DNA of 64,000 nt, from NCBI RefSeq assembly GCF_964355755.1, contig NC_092673.1, positions 21,697,648 to 21,761,647 of the forward strand, in the 5' to 3' direction. Below, piece after piece: positions 61,999 to 64,000 of the stretch. Made by a program: the position numbers and the translations under genes. Positions within the stretch are counted from its first letter, which is position 1, and each line of letters starts with the position of its first letter. A model generated the notes under the pieces. The model was not told the origin of the DNA. It worked only from the letters and a program-made list of their open reading frames with translations, and did not search any database. Origin of the DNA: Antedon mediterranea. Taxonomy: Eukaryota > Animalia > Echinodermata.

Positions 61999-64000
61999 CT
62001 AAGCAACAACAAAAAAAAAAAAAAAAAACTTTTAATCAAATACGTCCTTGAAACAAAAATGTTTTTTTTTTAAAATGATGGATATAGAAAATTATATAAC
62101 GCCTATATTTCCATTAATCAAGTGTTTGAATTTAGGGATTGCAGACACGTTGGTGGCGCTCTCAATTTTAAACTCACTTACATAACTATGATATAACATA
62201 ATTCAATTCACTTCAGGTTTATTAAAAATATAAGTGGCATTTCAGAATAGAGTAATCTGAATTGCGCCAAATTTATATTTTAATATACAGTAAAAAGTAT
62301 AGCAATATATAAAATTCCATTTTAAAAGTTCATTCAAATAAAACATGTACAAATCTAACAATAAAAAAAATACATACAATACAAAACAAACTAACAATAC
62401 TACATTTAGAATATTGCCAAAAAAATAATAATAATAATGTGATTTGTTTTGGCTATTTTCAATATAAAAAATGTAAAATTGTTTTGCGAATATTTAAAGT
62501 ATTAAAAATAAGATGAATGATTTATGAAATAATTTGCATTAACTTTATTGGTTCAGTTGATGGTTTGTGTTTGAGTCAAAATGACAGAATGTTTTTTTCT
62601 CATTATTATAACAGTAAAAAACCATTTTTCAATCTAATGATATTTTTTTGTCATTTAGATGCACGATATTCAACGTGGACTTAGAGAAACAAAAAATGTA
62701 ATTCAATTCTAAAGCTCTGTCTACACTATCAAACTTTATGTGACAAAAAAAAATGTGATGTGCCCATATATGGACATGATGTCATATTACTACCATATTT
62801 TGACATATCAACACCAAATTTGGCCATACTACACTTTTTTTGTCAAACTAGTTTGATAGTGTAGAGAAAAAAAACCAATAACATTTGAAATACTGCAAAC
62901 ATAGTAAACTATTAATAACAGTGTTATTTATGTAAAAATTTTGTGAATTTTTATGCTAACTACTTTTGTCACGTAATAATTATTCAAGGATGCTTGTTCA
63001 TCCCTTTCTTTTTGCTACTTTTGTTCTATATATTATTTTCTCTGCAGTGATGAATATGAAGTTGAATAAATAAATAGTAAACATCTCTCGATGAAACATA
63101 GTTGTAGAATCGCATCACAAATAGAATCAATGAATCAACAAAGACAATTATTAGTTTCATAAATAACTGTCAAACTGGAACATAATGATATCTTTCTTGG
63201 CAACTTTGCATCAATCACTAGGAAAACTGTGCAACAAAGCTGCTGCCACTATGTTATATTAATCATCATAAATACAGCAATGTGTATTTTCACATTTGTA
63301 TGACAAAAAGTTGGTACTACAATCTTCCTTCTTTTTTTAAAATTTATTTTATTATTGAGACAAACGCTGAAAAAGTTGACATTGTTTGCACCATGAGTGT
63401 GTACCCTAAAGGCTTTCAAATGCATTGAACGGCATAGAAAGCTATGTATACACTATCAAACTAGTTTGACAAAAATGTGTCCAAATATGGTAGTGATATG
63501 GTCAAATATGGTAGTGATATGGTCAAATATGGTAGTGATATGTTCAAATATGGTAGTGATATGGTCAAATATGGTAGTGATATGACATCATCATGTCCAT
63601 ATATGGGCACATCACATTTCTTTGTCACATAAAGTTTGATAGTGTAGGCAAGCCTTTAGGCATAATGTACAGTAGCTCACTTTCTATGGGAAAGAAAGAA
63701 AGTAGGAAAGTTGGGGAAGGAAGGAGTGGAGAGATGGTGTAGCAGCCTGGAAAGAGTGACGGTCAGTAACCCCTTGGAACAGGGAGAAAGCCGACTCAAA
63801 TAAAAGATGATGATGATCATGATGATGATGACAATCACAGTTGGTCATAGTTCAGTGTTACCATCCCTTAAGCTCTGTCCACACTACCAAACTTTAAGTG
63901 AAAAAAACATGTGATGTGCCCATATATGGACATGATGATGTCATACGGTATCACTACCATATTTAAGCATTATCACTACCATATTTGGGCACATCACAAA

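Overview
AT-rich metazoan nuclear DNA with GT-AG introns; an invertebrate deuterostome such as an echinoderm is my inference, not proven. There are five host genes: (1) the 3' part of an actin-binding LIM protein gene (ABLIM-like, +, ending in a villin headpiece at 11104); (2) an unrecognised two-exon secreted protein of about 502 aa with His-x-Trp repeats (+, 14292-16207); (3) SFR1/Mei5 (-, 17112-18072), head-to-head with (4) condensin I kleisin NCAPH/barren (+, 16 coding exons, 22916-46947), which lies tail-to-tail with (5) a two-psq-HTH LCOR/LCORL/Mblk-1/E93-like factor (-, 53204 to beyond 61998). The most unusual region is the NCAPH intron 24725-39006. A ~280-nt intron has been expanded by a 14-kb TA-flanked element with ~800-bp terminal inverted repeats and no visible transposase. 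Nested inside it are a Helentron-like element within another, a palindrome with degenerate Penelope/hammerhead-like arms, a pogo-like MITE, a short HINE-like element, and an uninterrupted-ORF Gypsy-superfamily retrotransposon. That retrotransposon has identical 182-bp LTRs, CG...CG termini, a 3-bp TSD (Troyka-type) and an LADD RT motif. The rest of the window holds many MITEs (Kolobok-, Harbinger-, hAT-, Ginger- and MULE-like), tRNA-derived SINEs and minisatellites. I found no CRISPR array, rRNA or true tRNA gene. All coordinates and alignments were read by eye; no searches were run.
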